Below are positions 19,695 to 30,500 of a stretch of 64,000 bases of DNA, piece by piece. The stretch spans positions 480,001 to 544,000 of the forward strand of contig CAVSGM010000001.1 in the NCBI GenBank assembly GCA_963727485.1, in the 5' to 3' direction. The position numbers and the translations under genes are program-made. Positions within the stretch are counted from its first letter, which is position 1. Every line of letters starts with the position of its first letter. The notes beneath the pieces were generated by a model, which saw only the letters and a list, made by a program, of their open reading frames with translations, searched no databases and was not told where the DNA came from. Origin of the DNA: an uncultured delta proteobacterium. Its GTDB lineage: Bacteria; Myxococcota; Myxococcia; SLRQ01.

Positions 19695-21427
19695 TCAGGT
19701 GGAGGTCAGTTCCTCGATGGCGGCGAGGAGATCACTGCCGCCCGCGCGCGCGGCGAGGTCGTCCCGGGTGACGGGGGCGAGCTCGTCGAGACCGAAGCGG
19801 TCGGCGTAGGCCCGGTAGACCACCCGGGCGCAGGCGGGTGCCGCGTGGCAGCGGTCCTGGTGAGGGCAGGGGACCGTGGGGCTCAGGTCCACCTGATTTC
19901 CGCCGGCGCTCTCGAAGGCGATGCGCTGGTGTGGGTAGAGGGTCCCCGAGGGCGCCGGCAGCCGGTGCTCGAAGCGGGTGGGCGTGAGGACCTCGACCCC
20001 GGCGCGCCGCTCGTGGGCGAGCTCGACGCACACCGGGATCTCGCCCCAGCTGAACTGGCCCACGGTCTCACCGGACGCCGGGAAGATCCGGAGCAGGACC
20101 TCGGTGAAGGGAATCGCGACCTTGGGGTAGACCCGGGCGGCGTCGGTGCCCGTGGGGTGGGGCAGGGACAGGGCGAGGGTGTCGGTGAAGCGCCGGGCGA
20201 CCGCGTCGAGGGCCGAGAGGTCGTCGAGGTTTTCGGGCACCACCACGGTGGTGAGGATCAGCCGGCCCTCCTCCGAGAGACGATCCCGGACGTTTGCCAG
20301 CACCACCATCATGTCCTCGAAGGCGCCAGGGCGGCCCACCACGCGGTCATGGACGGCGGCTGTGGAGCCATAGAGGGGGACGTCGATCCGGTAGCGCACC
20401 CGCAGGGCCCCCATGACCCGGTCGGCCATGGCCGGGTCGGCGAGAGGCCGGCAGGAGCTCTTGAGCTCGAATCTCGGTGAACCCTCGGGCCTGCGCCTCC
20501 TCGATGAGGTCGACCGCCCAGGGGGCGGCGAGGGGCTCGACCCCGTTGATGCGCAGCCGCCAGGCCCCCCGGGTCGCGGCCTGTCGGATGCCCTCGAGGG
20601 AACCGGTTCGCGTCTGCGTCGGCTCGCGCCTCGCGCTCGACGACCGAGAGGCAGCAGAAGCTGCAGGCCTGACCGCACGGGGCGCTGATGGAGGCCTGGA
20701 AGGTGTCGAGCGGGCCGTCGTCGGGAAGGGACAGGTTCTGGGAGGTCCGGGGCGGGTGGACCCGGATGGCCGCCTCCACGGCCTCGAGGCGCATGCCCAG
20801 CGCGAACACCAGCCGGGCCGCCTCGGTATCGGCGAGCCCCTCGCCGGGCAGGTGGCTCAGGGAGAACCGATTGCTGACGTAGAGGCCGTCCCGGTCCGCC
20901 GCAGCGAGGAGGACGTCGAGGTGGGGGGTGCCCGCCGGCGAGGCGAGCCTGACGCGCAGGGCGTGGTCGGAGGTGGGGTCCACCGAGGCCACCCGGAAGC
21001 CGGCCGGGAGGGGGTGGTCCTCGGAGACCAGGGTCTCGAGGAGGGGGGTGATGGACTCCGGGTCCAGGTGGACGTCCACGGGCTCGGACCCCGCGGCCAC
21101 CTCGGTGAGCCGGGTGAGCAGCCCGGGTCGGGTCGGCCGGCGAGGGCCTGGACGGTGCGGTGCGCGGCGGTCCGGGTTGCCGGCGGCAGGCCCGAGGCGG
21201 CATCGAGGTGCGCGGCGTAGTGGCCGCCCGCCGCCTCCGACCAGACGACCCCGAAGCGCAGGGCGCGGGGCCCCTCGAGCCCGAATCCAGACGGCATCCG
21301 CCGACCGTCGCTCCAGCTTCGCCACCCGGAAGCGGTCACCGAGGGTCCGGGCGCACACCCGTCGGACCGCTTCCTCGGCCCGGGGGGGCAAGAAGCAGGG
21401 GTGGGACCGCGTGCGCGCTCGCGTCAT
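19695..21427 (-). CDS. Radical SAM protein with long N-terminal extension and Cys-containing C-terminus (about 4 frameshifts)
   Basis: CGQACSFC; NGVEPL in an alternative frame; LYGSTAAVHDRVVGRPGAF; TTVVVPENL; IPVC; CPHQDRCHAAPAC...YADRFGLDELAPV. Confidence 0.75.
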
Positions 21428-21558
21428 CGCGCGGATTGAAGCACCTGGTCTCGCGAAGCGTCAATGCGGGGGCGAAGGCGCCCCGTCGCCTTGACAGCCC
21501 CGGGGGCCGGTGATGACTGTCCCCTCGCTCCCCTGACCCTCGAGAGAAAGGACACGCC

Positions 21559-22191
21559 ATGGAGCTCACCAGCAAGAGCCTGGCCGCCGGCCAGCCGGTC
21601 CCCGAGCGCTACGCCTTCGGCAAGCCCGACGCCGAGACCCACATCGGCTTCGCCGGGAACGTGAGCCCCGACCTCGCCTGGTCCGGGCTCCCCGAGGGCA
21701 CCCGATCCCTGGTCGTCCTCTGCGTGGATCCCGACGCGCCCACCAAGCCCGACGACGTGAACAAGGAGGGGCACTCGGTGCCCTACGACCTCCCCCGCGC
21801 CGAGTTCGTCCACTGGGTGGTGGTCGATCTCAAGCCCGACGCCGGCGGCGTCGACGAGGGCGCCTACGGCGAGGGGGTCATCGCCCACGGGAAGTCCGGG
21901 CCGGAGGGCCCCGGCGGCACCCGCATCGGCAAGAACGACTACACCTCCTGGTTCGCCGGCGACGGCGACATGGAGGGGACCTACTTCGGGTACGACGGGC
22001 CCTGCCCGCCGTGGAACGACGAGCGGGTCCACCGCTACCGGTTCACCGTCTACGCCACCGACCTCGAGCGGTGCCCGGTGGACGGCGAGTTCGACGCGGC
22101 GGCGGTGCGCGCGGCCATCGAGGGCCACGTCCTCGACCAGGCGACCCTGGAGACGAGCTACACCATCAACCCCGACGCCAGGATGCCCTGA
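21559..22191 (+). CDS. YbhB/YbcL (PEBP) family protein
   Basis: NVSPDLAW, DPDAP, FVHWVV, GYDGPCPP, HRYRFTVYA. Confidence 0.92.
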   Translation: MELTSKSLAAGQPVPERYAFGKPDAETHIGFAGNVSPDLAWSGLPEGTRSLVVLCVDPDAPTKPDDVNKEGHSVPYDLPRAEFVHWVVVDLKPDAGGVDEGAYGEGVIAHGKSGPEGPGGTRIGKNDYTSWFAGDGDMEGTYFGYDGPCPPWNDERVHRYRFTVYATDLERCPVDGEFDAAAVRAAIEGHVLDQATLETSYTINPDARMP

Positions 22192-22396
22192 GCCCGGGTC
22201 TACCACGCCTCGGACCGCGGCGGCTCGGGCCCAGACGATCGAGGATGCCCTCGAGGGACCGCCGCTGGGCCTTGAGCATCTCCCGGTAGTCCTTGCGGTC
22301 GGTGTCGGTGATCTCCATCCGGAGGTCGGAGAGATAGCGCTCCATCACCTGGCGGAGCACCGCGGTCTCCTCGCTGTCCAGGTCGAGGCGTGTCAT
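22166..22396 (-). CDS. Small hypothetical protein
   Basis: MTRLDLDSEETAVLRQVMERYLSDLRMEITDTDRKDYREMLK; AGGAG RBS. Confidence 0.7.
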   Translation of the reverse strand: MTRLDLDSEETAVLRQVMERYLSDLRMEITDTDRKDYREMLKAQRRSLEGILDRLGPSRRGPRRGRPGLRASWRRG

Positions 22397-22468
22397 GGTG
22401 CGGCTCCTTCTTGGGGCTCGCGGCCCCCGGGAGAACCTAGGCACCGGCGGACGCCCGGTGTAGGGCGG

Positions 22469-23096
22469 CTACCAGCCGTCGGGGACGCGGCCGGCGAGGC
22501 AGGTGACGGTGTGGGGGGCCGTGGGGGTGGACCACCGGGCGCGGACGGGGCTCGGCGGGGGTGCCCTCGAGGAGGCCCTCGGCCGGGTCCCAGTCGGGCG
22601 CGGCGCCGGGGGCGAGGCTGTGCAGCCCGCTCTGCCAGGGGCCGATGATGAAGGTGTGGCCGGCGACCCGGCACCCGAGGGTCTCGGCGAGGCGCCGGGT
22701 GAAGCGCTGGCCGGCCTCGGCGCCGACGGTCTCGCAGGTGCGCCACCACCACAGGGCGTCCTCCCCGGTGAGCCGGGCCTTCACCGCCCGGAGGCGCAGG
22801 TGCCGGGGGTCGGTGGTCTTCAGGATGGCGTCGTCGAGGACGGTGTCGCCGAGGCGGGCGCTGCCCCAGTGGCCGTGGCCCCAGTACTGGATCTCGGCGA
22901 CCGGGCGCCCGGGGGCGACGGTGGCGAGCCAGGCGAGGGCCTCGTCCCAGCTCGCCGCGCCGAGCCAGGCGTCGAAACGGCCCAGCGCCCGGTAGAGGAG
23001 GGCGCCGGCGCGCCAGCTGGTGGTCAGCCCCGGGAGGCCGAAGCGCCCGCCGCAGGTGCGGTCATGGACCATCAGGCGCAGGGGGCGATCGGACAT
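22469..23096 (-). CDS. Hypothetical protein with caspase-fold-like GHG and C(E/T) motifs (frameshift ~22545)
   Basis: IQYWGHGHWG, WWRTCETVG; alternative-frame C-terminus ARWSTPTAPHTVTCLAGRVPDGW*. Confidence 0.6.
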
Positions 23097-23120
23097 GGGG
23101 GGCGACGCGTGTGGCGGGGG

Positions 23121-23879
23121 TCAGAGGCGGGTGGCGCGGACCAGGAGCCGGGGGCACCCCTCGCGCAGGGGCCCGCCCGCATGATCGCCCCAGAGGGCGT
23201 CCACGTCGAACCCGGCGGCCTCCAGGAGCCACTCGAGCTCCCGGGGGAAGGCCAGGCGCAGGTGGAGGTGGGCCGACGCCACCAGGGCGTCGCCCAGGTA
23301 GTAGCGGTCCAGGAGGTGGAGGCGGCCGGCGACGGGGTGGCGCCACACCTCCCGGGTGCGCCGGGCCGGCCGGCCGTCGACCTCGCCCCGCCACGCGGGC
23401 TTCTCCTCGGTGTGGGGGGTGCCGAGGCGCGAGAAGTCGGGCATGGGCAGGTCGAGGGTCACCGCGCCGCCGGGCTTCAGGGCCCGGTGCACGGCGTCGA
23501 GGCAGGCGGCCTGGTCGGCGCGGGTCTTGAGGAAGGCAAAGGCGCCGTTGGGGACGAGGACCTCGCTGAAGGTGCCGAGGTCGAAGGCGCGCATGTCCCC
23601 GAGGACGTACCGGCTCCGGCCCCGGGCCCGGGCGAGCATCGCCGCCGAGGCATCGAGGCCGACGACGGTGCGGTGGTCCTCGAGGCCCCGGCAGACGCGC
23701 CCGGTGCCGCAGCCGAGGACCAGGAGGGGGCCGGGGACGCCGCGCCGGGCGTAGCCGAGGATGTCCGCGCCGGTGGCCCGGTCGTGCTCGGCGTCGTAGA
23801 AGGCGGCGATGTGGGCGTAGGGATCGTCGGCGGGGGGGCCGGCGGATCCGGGGACGGGGGACCCGATGGGTGGGACCAT
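23121..23879 (-). CDS. Class I SAM-dependent methyltransferase
   Basis: LVLGCGTGR, GLDASAAML, GDMRAFDL, LKPGG. Confidence 0.85.
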   Translation of the reverse strand: MVPPIGSPVPGSAGPPADDPYAHIAAFYDAEHDRATGADILGYARRGVPGPLLVLGCGTGRVCRGLEDHRTVVGLDASAAMLARARGRSRYVLGDMRAFDLGTFSEVLVPNGAFAFLKTRADQAACLDAVHRALKPGGAVTLDLPMPDFSRLGTPHTEEKPAWRGEVDGRPARRTREVWRHPVAGRLHLLDRYYLGDALVASAHLHLRLAFPRELEWLLEAAGFDVDALWGDHAGGPLREGCPRLLVRATRL

Positions 23880-23940
23880 GGGGTGAGGCTCTCCGAGGCC
23901 GTGGCCTCGGGAGGGAATCATCGTCCGGGCGCAGGCGGCG

Positions 23941-24906
23941 TCAAGCGGACCCGAGGAGCGCCGGCAGCGCGGCGAGGTCGAGGTTCCCGCCCGAGAGGAC
24001 GACGCCCACCCGCCGGGCGCCGGCGGGGACGCGGCCCAGGAGCACCGGCGCCAGGGCCGCCGCCGCCGAGGGCTCGATGACCAGCTTCAGGCGCGAGAGG
24101 GCGAAGCGCAGGGCGGCGCGGATCTCGTCCTCGGTCACCGTCTGCATGTCGGCGAGGTGGGCGCGCATGATCGCCAGGTTCCGCTCGCCGATGTGCCGGG
24201 TGCGCAGCCCGTCGGCGATGGTCGCGGGCACGGCGTCCAGGGTGACCACCTGCCCCGCGCGGAAGGACCGCCCGCCGTCGTCGGCGACCGCGGGCTCCAC
24301 GCCGATGACCCGGCACCCGGGGCTGCTGGCCGCCGGCCAGCGCCGAGCCGCTGGCGAGCCCCCCGCCGCCCACCGGGACGAAGAGGGCGTCGAGGGCGCC
24401 CACCTCGTCGAAGAGCTCGAGGGCGGCGGTGCCCTGGCCGGCGATGATGTCGGCGTCGTCGTAGGGGTGGACCAGGTGCTGGCCGCCGCGGGCCATCTCG
24501 GCGGCGGTGACCTCTTCCCGGTCGGCGGCGTCGCAGGGGACGATGCGCGCCCCGTAGCCCTCGGTGGCGGCGCGCTTGGCCGGGGGCGCGTCGTGGGGCA
24601 TGACCACGGTCGCCGGGGCGCCGAGGAGCCGCGCCGCCAGCGCCAGGCCCTGGGCATGGTTCCCGGAGGAGTGGGTGATGACGCCCCGGGCGCGCGTTGC
24701 GGCGAGAGGCGGCTCACCGCGTGGTAGGCGCCCCGGAACTTGAAGGCGCCGACGCGTTGGAAGCTCTCGCACTTGAGGAAGACGGTGGCGCCGGCCCGGG
24801 CGTCGAGGGTCCGGGAGGTGGCGACGGGCGTCCGGTTGACCACGCCGGCGAGGCGCTCGGCGGCGGCGAGGACGTCGGATTCGGTGGGGAGGTCGCTCGG
24901 CGGCAT
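23941..24906 (-). CDS. PLP-dependent threonine/serine dehydratase (serine racemase-like); 2 frameshifts
   Basis: KCESFQRVGAFKFRGA, HSSGNHAQG, PVGGGGL, TIADGL, IEPSAA, VLSGGN spread over two frames. Confidence 0.88.
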   Translation of the reverse strand: MPPSDLPTESDVLAAAERLAGVVNRTPVATSRTLDARAGATVFLKCESFQRVGAFKFRGAYHAVSRLSPQRAPGASSPTPPGTMPRAWRWRRGSSAPRRPWSCPTTRPRPSAPPPRATGRASSPATPPTGKRSPPPRWPAAASTWSTPTTTPTSSPARAPPPSSSSTRWAPSTPSSSRWAAGGSPAARRWPAASSPGCRVIGVEPAVADDGGRSFRAGQVVTLDAVPATIADGLRTRHIGERNLAIMRAHLADMQTVTEDEIRAALRFALSRLKLVIEPSAAAALAPVLLGRVPAGARRVGVVLSGGNLDLAALPALLGSA

Positions 24907-25390
24907 CTGTACCGCTCCCGATGCGATACGGAAGCGGGCAGATCGAGGGCCATCGATCCGGAGGAGGGTGGTGCGCCGTGGCATCGACGCGGTATTGAGC
25001 ATCCGACTGAGGGAAGGGCTGGGGGATGCCCGTGCGCTCTGCGACCCTGGTGACGCCACCGTTCCGGTCGATCACGTCCCGGAGCCGGCGCTTGAACGCC
25101 ATGATGTCGCCTGCGATGCGCTCCAGTTCTCCGAAGGGAATGCGGGGGCGCTCGGCCTCGGTCGGCAGCCAGTCATCGAGTGCCTCCTGGATGTCGGCGA
25201 CAATCTCGTCTCGGTCGGCGTCCCCACCCTCGGCCCAGAGTCCGAGCAGGTGCGTATAGCCCGGGATCCCTTGGTACGATCGAGAGGGCCTGACGGGACG
25301 AGTCCCTCGGGAGCGCCTCGATCTCGCATGTCGCGGAGAATCTCGTGGGCTCGGAAAATCTCGATCGGTATCGAGTTCGTGGTCGCTCAT
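24905..25390 (-). CDS. Putative antitoxin / XRE-like HTH protein with N-terminal extension (several indels; 3' end approximate)
   Basis: Joined frames give GGVTRVAERTGIPQPSLSRMLNTASMPRRTTLLRI.MALDL, an addiction-module-antidote-like HTH; ATGA overlap with upstream gene. Confidence 0.65.
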
Positions 25391-25785
25391 GGGATGCCTC
25401 GGTACGTCCAGCGGCCCTGTTGGATCATCGACACGTAGTGTTTGAGCCTGGCTACCTCACGCTCGTCGCGCTGCGGGCCGTCCTTGACGTAGGCCCGGCA
25501 CAGATGGGCGACACCGTTCAGCAGCACGACCCCGAGTCGGAGCTGGACCCTGCCCGGCCCGAGCTCGTGCCACTTCATCTTGTCGGCGTGTGGGATGGTC
25601 TGGCCCGCCAAGTCGGTTGCGGGTCCCCAGAACTTGTCATTCTGGAACGTGGGTTCGGTCGGATAGCTGTGCAGCCTTTCCACGTCCGGCCGGATGACGA
25701 ACTCATAGGTCTGGCTGTGGAACACGTGGCGTCCTACGAGGTCGAGGTAACTCTGCAAGGCCCACTCGGTGATGATGGTCTACAG
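25387..25785 (-). CDS. Putative toxin, possibly RelE/HigB-like; start codon apparently damaged
   Basis: About 130 aa; KMKWH...QLRLGVVLLNGVAHLCRAYVK; GGAGG RBS at 25792-25796 followed by an in-frame TAG then TIITEWALQSYLDL. Confidence 0.5.
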
Positions 25786-25811
25786 TGCCCGCCTCCCGAC
25801 CCCGGGCAGAG

Positions 25812-25841
25812 CCTATAACATTCATAGCATTTGTGACTCAA
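25812..25841 (-). promoter_or_regulatory. Putative promoter/operator of the TA-like operon
   Basis: TTGAGT-18 nt-TATAGG with extended -10 TG; inverted repeat CTAT-N7-ATAG overlapping the -10. Confidence 0.45.
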
Positions 25842-25903
25842 GTCCTTGATTCCGGGGACCAACCGGGAGTGGTATCACCTACCCCGACCCGACATCCACA
25901 GTC

Positions 25904-26876
25904 ATGCACCCGATCCCCCTCGAGACCCTGGAGCGCGAGGCCGACGCCTTCGATGCCGCGGTCCGCCGGACCCCGGACATCGACCGGTTCTGCACCTCGT
26001 CGGCGTGGCTCCTCCCGGCGCACCGGTCGCTGATGCCGCCCCGGGCGCCGTGGATCTTCCAGGGGCGCTCCGGGTGGATGGTGCTGGCCCGGGGCCTCGA
26101 GCCCGTCTACGGCCAGTACCTCCAGCCCTTCGAGGCGATGTGGGGCTTCGCCTCGGGGCTGGTGGGCCCGGACCCGGTGGCGCTGGCCGAGGAGGTCGCC
26201 GACACCCTGCTGCGCACCCGGAGCGGCTGGGACCTGCTCATCCTCTCGGGGATCCGCCGGGAGGGGCCGCTCTTCGAGGGGCTGGTGCGGCGCCTCCGCG
26301 GCCGGATGGACCTGGGCCTCGGCCCCGAGACCACGCGGCGCACCGCCAGCCTCGAAGGCGGCGTCGACGGGTTCCTCGGCCGGCGGAGTGCCGCCTTCCG
26401 CCGGCAACCTCCGCAGCGCGAGGCGCCGGGCCGCCGGCGCCGGGATCACCTTCGAGCGCCACCTGCGCCTCGCCGACCCCGCCGAGATCCTGGAGCGGAG
26501 CCTGGCGGTGGAGCGGCGCAGCTGGAAGGGCCGGGAGCAGGTGGGCATCGGCGGCGGGCAGATGGAGGCCTTCTACCGGGACATGCTCCCGCGGCTGGCG
26601 CGCACGGGCGCCCTCCGGGCGGTCTTCGCCCGGGCCGGGGAGCGCGACGTGGGCTTCGTGTTCGGCGGGGTCCTCGGGGACACCTACCGGGGGCTGCAGA
26701 TGGGCTACGACGCGGCCCTGAAGGCGCTGTCCCTCGGGTCGCTGGTGCAGCTGGAGCTCATCGAGGCGCTGTGCGACGAGGGCGCCGCCGTCTACGACCT
26801 CGGCCAGGACATCGCCTACAAGCACCGGTGGAGCGAGCCGGGGCTCGCCACCGTGACCCTGGTGGCCGGGCGCTGA
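25904..26876 (+). CDS. GNAT-fold acetyltransferase (CelD/BcsL/FemAB-like); frameshift ~26400
   Basis: RRSWKG, LQMGYD...SLGSLVQLELIE...YDLG...YKHRW. Confidence 0.8.
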
Positions 26877-26892
26877 AGCCCGCTGGCGGCGG

Positions 26893-27513
26893 CTAGCGCA
26901 GCACCGAGGTGCGCAGCCACGCCCCCAGGCCGTCGAAGATCATCTCCACCGCGATGGTCCCCACCAGCACCGCGGCGACGCGCCCCAGGATGTCGACGTA
27001 GCGCTCCACCAGGGCGGCGCTGCGCTTGCGCACTCCGTCGAAGATCACCTTGGCCACCAGGATGATCACCACCGTGCCCACCAGGGCCAGGGCGATGGCG
27101 ATCAGCGCCATCCAGTACGAGAGGTGGGCCCCGGCGAGGACCGCGGCGCTCACCGTCCCCGGCCCGATCATGAAGGGCATGGCGATGGCGCCGGCGAGGT
27201 GCTCCGGCGGCCCCCGGAGCACCGTCACCGTCTCCCCCCCGGCGACCATGAACTTCAGGCCGATGACCAGGAACACGATGCCCCCGAAGACCTGGAAGGC
27301 GGCGAACTGGATGTGGAGGACGTCGGTGAAGATGCGGTTCCCGCCCAGGGCGAAGATGCCAAAGACCACCCCGCTGATGAGCGAGGCCCGGCCCATCATC
27401 GCCCCGATGGTCTTCAGCGGATGCTCGTGGAGGATGTCCACGAGGTAGACCACCAGGGCGAAGGGGTTGAGGATCACCAGGAGCAGCGACGCCGACTCGA
27501 CCAGCCCGTGCAT
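26893..27513 (-). CDS. MarC-family membrane protein
   Basis: LNPF, AFQVFGGI, AMPFMIGPGT; six TM segments. Confidence 0.88.
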   Translation of the reverse strand: MHGLVESASLLLVILNPFALVVYLVDILHEHPLKTIGAMMGRASLISGVVFGIFALGGNRIFTDVLHIQFAAFQVFGGIVFLVIGLKFMVAGGETVTVLRGPPEHLAGAIAMPFMIGPGTVSAAVLAGAHLSYWMALIAIALALVGTVVIILVAKVIFDGVRKRSAALVERYVDILGRVAAVLVGTIAVEMIFDGLGAWLRTSVLR

Positions 27514-27580
27514 GGGTCCGAGAGGGCAACAGAGCCGCCGCCCCCGGTCAACCCCCGACGCCCGCGCCGGGCCCGGCGCC

Positions 27581-30500
27581 TCACCCCCCGGTGCCGGTCC
27601 GGACCGCCTCGGGCTCGACCTCGCGCACCGCCTCCGGGGTCCGGAGGAAGGGCAGCCACTTCCGGAGCCGCGCGGGCACCGCGTCCATGTAGGTGTAGAC
27701 CACCGGGGTGATGAAGAGGGTGAGCAGCTGGCTGAAGAGCAGGCCGCCGACCACCGCCAGGCCCAGCGGCTGCCGGCTCTCGGCCCCGGCGCCCACCGCG
27801 AGCGCGATGGGCAGGGTGCCGAAGAGGGCGGCGAAGGTGGTCATCATGATCGGCCGGAACCGGACCACGCAGGCCTCGTAGATGGCGTCGGCGGCGTTCT
27901 TCCCCTCGGTGCGCTGCGCGTCGAGGGCGAAGTCGATCATGATGATGCCGTTCTTCTTCACCAGGCCCACCAGCATGATGATGCCCACGAAGGCATAGAT
28001 CGACAGCTCGGTGTTGAAGATCATCAGGGTGACCAGCGCCCCGAAGCCCGCCATCGGCAGCGCCGAGAGGATCGTCAGCGGGTGGATGAAGCTCTCGTAG
28101 AGGATCCCGAGGACGATGTAGATGACCAGGATGGTGATGATGAGCAGCACCCCGAGGTTCCTCACCGACGACTGGAACACCTGGGCGTTGCCGGCAAAGC
28201 CCCCGGAGATGGTCCCGGGGAGGGTGTCCCGGGCGAGCTGCTGGACCTTGGCGGTGGCCTCGGAGAGGGAGGCCCCCGGGGCCACGTTGAAGCTCACCGT
28301 CACCGCGGGCAGCTGTCCCTGGTGGTTGATCGACAGCGGCCCCACCCCGCGGGTGATCTTCGCCACCGCCGAGAGGGGGACCATGCTCCCTGTCGAGGCG
28401 CGCACGTAGAGGCTGGCCAGCGCCGAGGGGTCGTTCTGGTACTTGGGCTCGACCTCCATGATCACCACGTAGGTGTTGTTCGGCGCGTAGATGGTCGACA
28501 CCTGCCGCGAGCCGTAAGCGTCGGCCAGCGTCGTCTCGATGTCGGCCATGCTCACGCCGAGGGTCGCCGCCCGGTCCCGGTCGATGTCGAGGTCGACCTC
28601 GGGGTTCTTGATCTCGAGGTCGCTGGTGACGTCCCGGAGGATCGGCACCTGCTTCATCTCCCCTTCGAGCTTCTCCGAGGCCGCGTAGAGCTGCTGGGTG
28701 TCCGGCCCCTGGAGGGTGAACTGGTACTCGCTGCGGCTGGGCCGGCCCCCGAGGCGGATCGGCGGCGGGTTGACCATGAACACCCGCATCCCCGGCACCG
28801 AGTTCACCTTGGGCCAGAGCATCTGGATCACCTTGTCGACCGAGGGGCGCTGGCTGCGGGGCTTGAGGTGGACGAACATGAACCCCTGGTTGCCGCCGCC
28901 GCCCGAGCTCGACATGAACCGCGAGACGTAGGGGTTCTTGGCCATGATCGCCGCCACCTCCTGCTGGTGGCGCATCATCGAGTGGTAGCTGATGCCCTCC
29001 TCGGCCTGGGTGGAGACGAAGAACCCGCCGTTGTCCTCCGAGGGCAAGAAGCCCTTGGGGATGACCATGAACAGGTAGATGGTCACCCCGAAGACCGCGA
29101 AGAGCACCGCCATGGTGAACCGGCGGTGCTTGAGCACCCACTTCAGGCCCAGCTCGTAGCCGCCGAGGGTCCACTGGAAGCCGCGCTCGATGGCGTTGTA
29201 GAGGGCGCCGTGGCCGGCGGCCCTCTGGGGCCGGAGGAAGCGGCTGGAGAGCATGGGCGTGAGGGTCAGGGACACGATGCCGGAGACGATGACCGCCGAG
29301 CCGATGGTCACCGCGAACTCGTGGAAGAGCCGGCCGATGATGCCCCCGAGGAAGAGCACCGGGATGAACACCGCCGCCAGCGACAGGGTCATGGAGATGA
29401 TGGTGAAGCCGATCTCCCGGGCGCCATCGATGGCCGCCTGGTAGGCGGGCTTGCCCATCTCCATGTGCCGGACGACGTTCTCCAGCATCACGATGGCGTC
29501 GTCGACCACGAAGCCCACCGACAACGTCAGCGCCATCAGCGACAGGTTGTCGAGGCTGTAGCCCAGCACGTACATGACCCCGAAGGTGCCGACGATGGAC
29601 ATCGGCAGGGCCAGGGCCGGGATCACCGTCGCCGAGAGATTCCGGAGGAAGAGGAAGATCACCAGCACCACCAGGAGCAGCGCCAGGAAGAGGGTGAACT
29701 TCACGTCGTTCACCGAGTCGCGGATGGACTCGGCGCGGTCGAAGAGCACGTGCAGGCTCACCGACGCCGGCAGCTGGTCCCGGAAGGTGGGCAGGAGCTT
29801 CTGCACCGCCTCGGAGACCGCCACGGTGTTGGTCCCCGGCTGGCGCTGGATCGCCAGCACCATCGACCGCTGGTTGATGTACCAGGCGGCGCTCTTGTCG
29901 TTCTGCACACTGTCGACGACGTGGGCCACCTGGTCGAGGCGTACCGGCTGGCCGTTGCGGTAGGCGACCACGATGTTCCGGTAGTCCTTGGCCCGGCGCA
30001 GCTGGCCGTTGGCCTGGACGGTGAACGCCTTGTAGGGCCCGTAGAGGGTCCCGGTGGGGAGGTTGACGTTGGCGCCCTGGATCGCCTGGGCCACCTGCTG
30101 CAGCCCGATGCCCCGGGAGGCGAGGCGCTCGGGGTCGACCTGGACCCGCACCGCGTACTTCTGGGAGCCGTAGACCAGCACCTGGGCCACGCCGCTCACC
30201 GTGGAGATGCGCTGGGCCATCAGGGTCTCGGCGTACTCGTCGAGCTGGGAGAGCGGCAGGGTGGGCGAGGTGAGCGCCACGTAGAGGATCGGCGAGTCGG
30301 CGGGGTTCACCTTCCGGTAGGAAGGCGGCGAGGGCATGTCGTTGGGCAGGCGCCCCTGGACCTGGGCGATGGCCGCCTGGACGTCCTGGGCGGCGGCGTC
30401 GATGTTCTTGTCGAGGGCGAACTGGAGGGTGATGCTCGTCGAGCCCTGGGAGCTCGAGGAGGTCATGGTGTCGAGGCCGGCGATGGTGGAGAACTGGCGC

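Noticed and set aside
24905..25860. Lower-GC patch as an IS or prophage remnant
   Set aside because: No transposase, integrase, terminal inverted repeats or target duplication seen.
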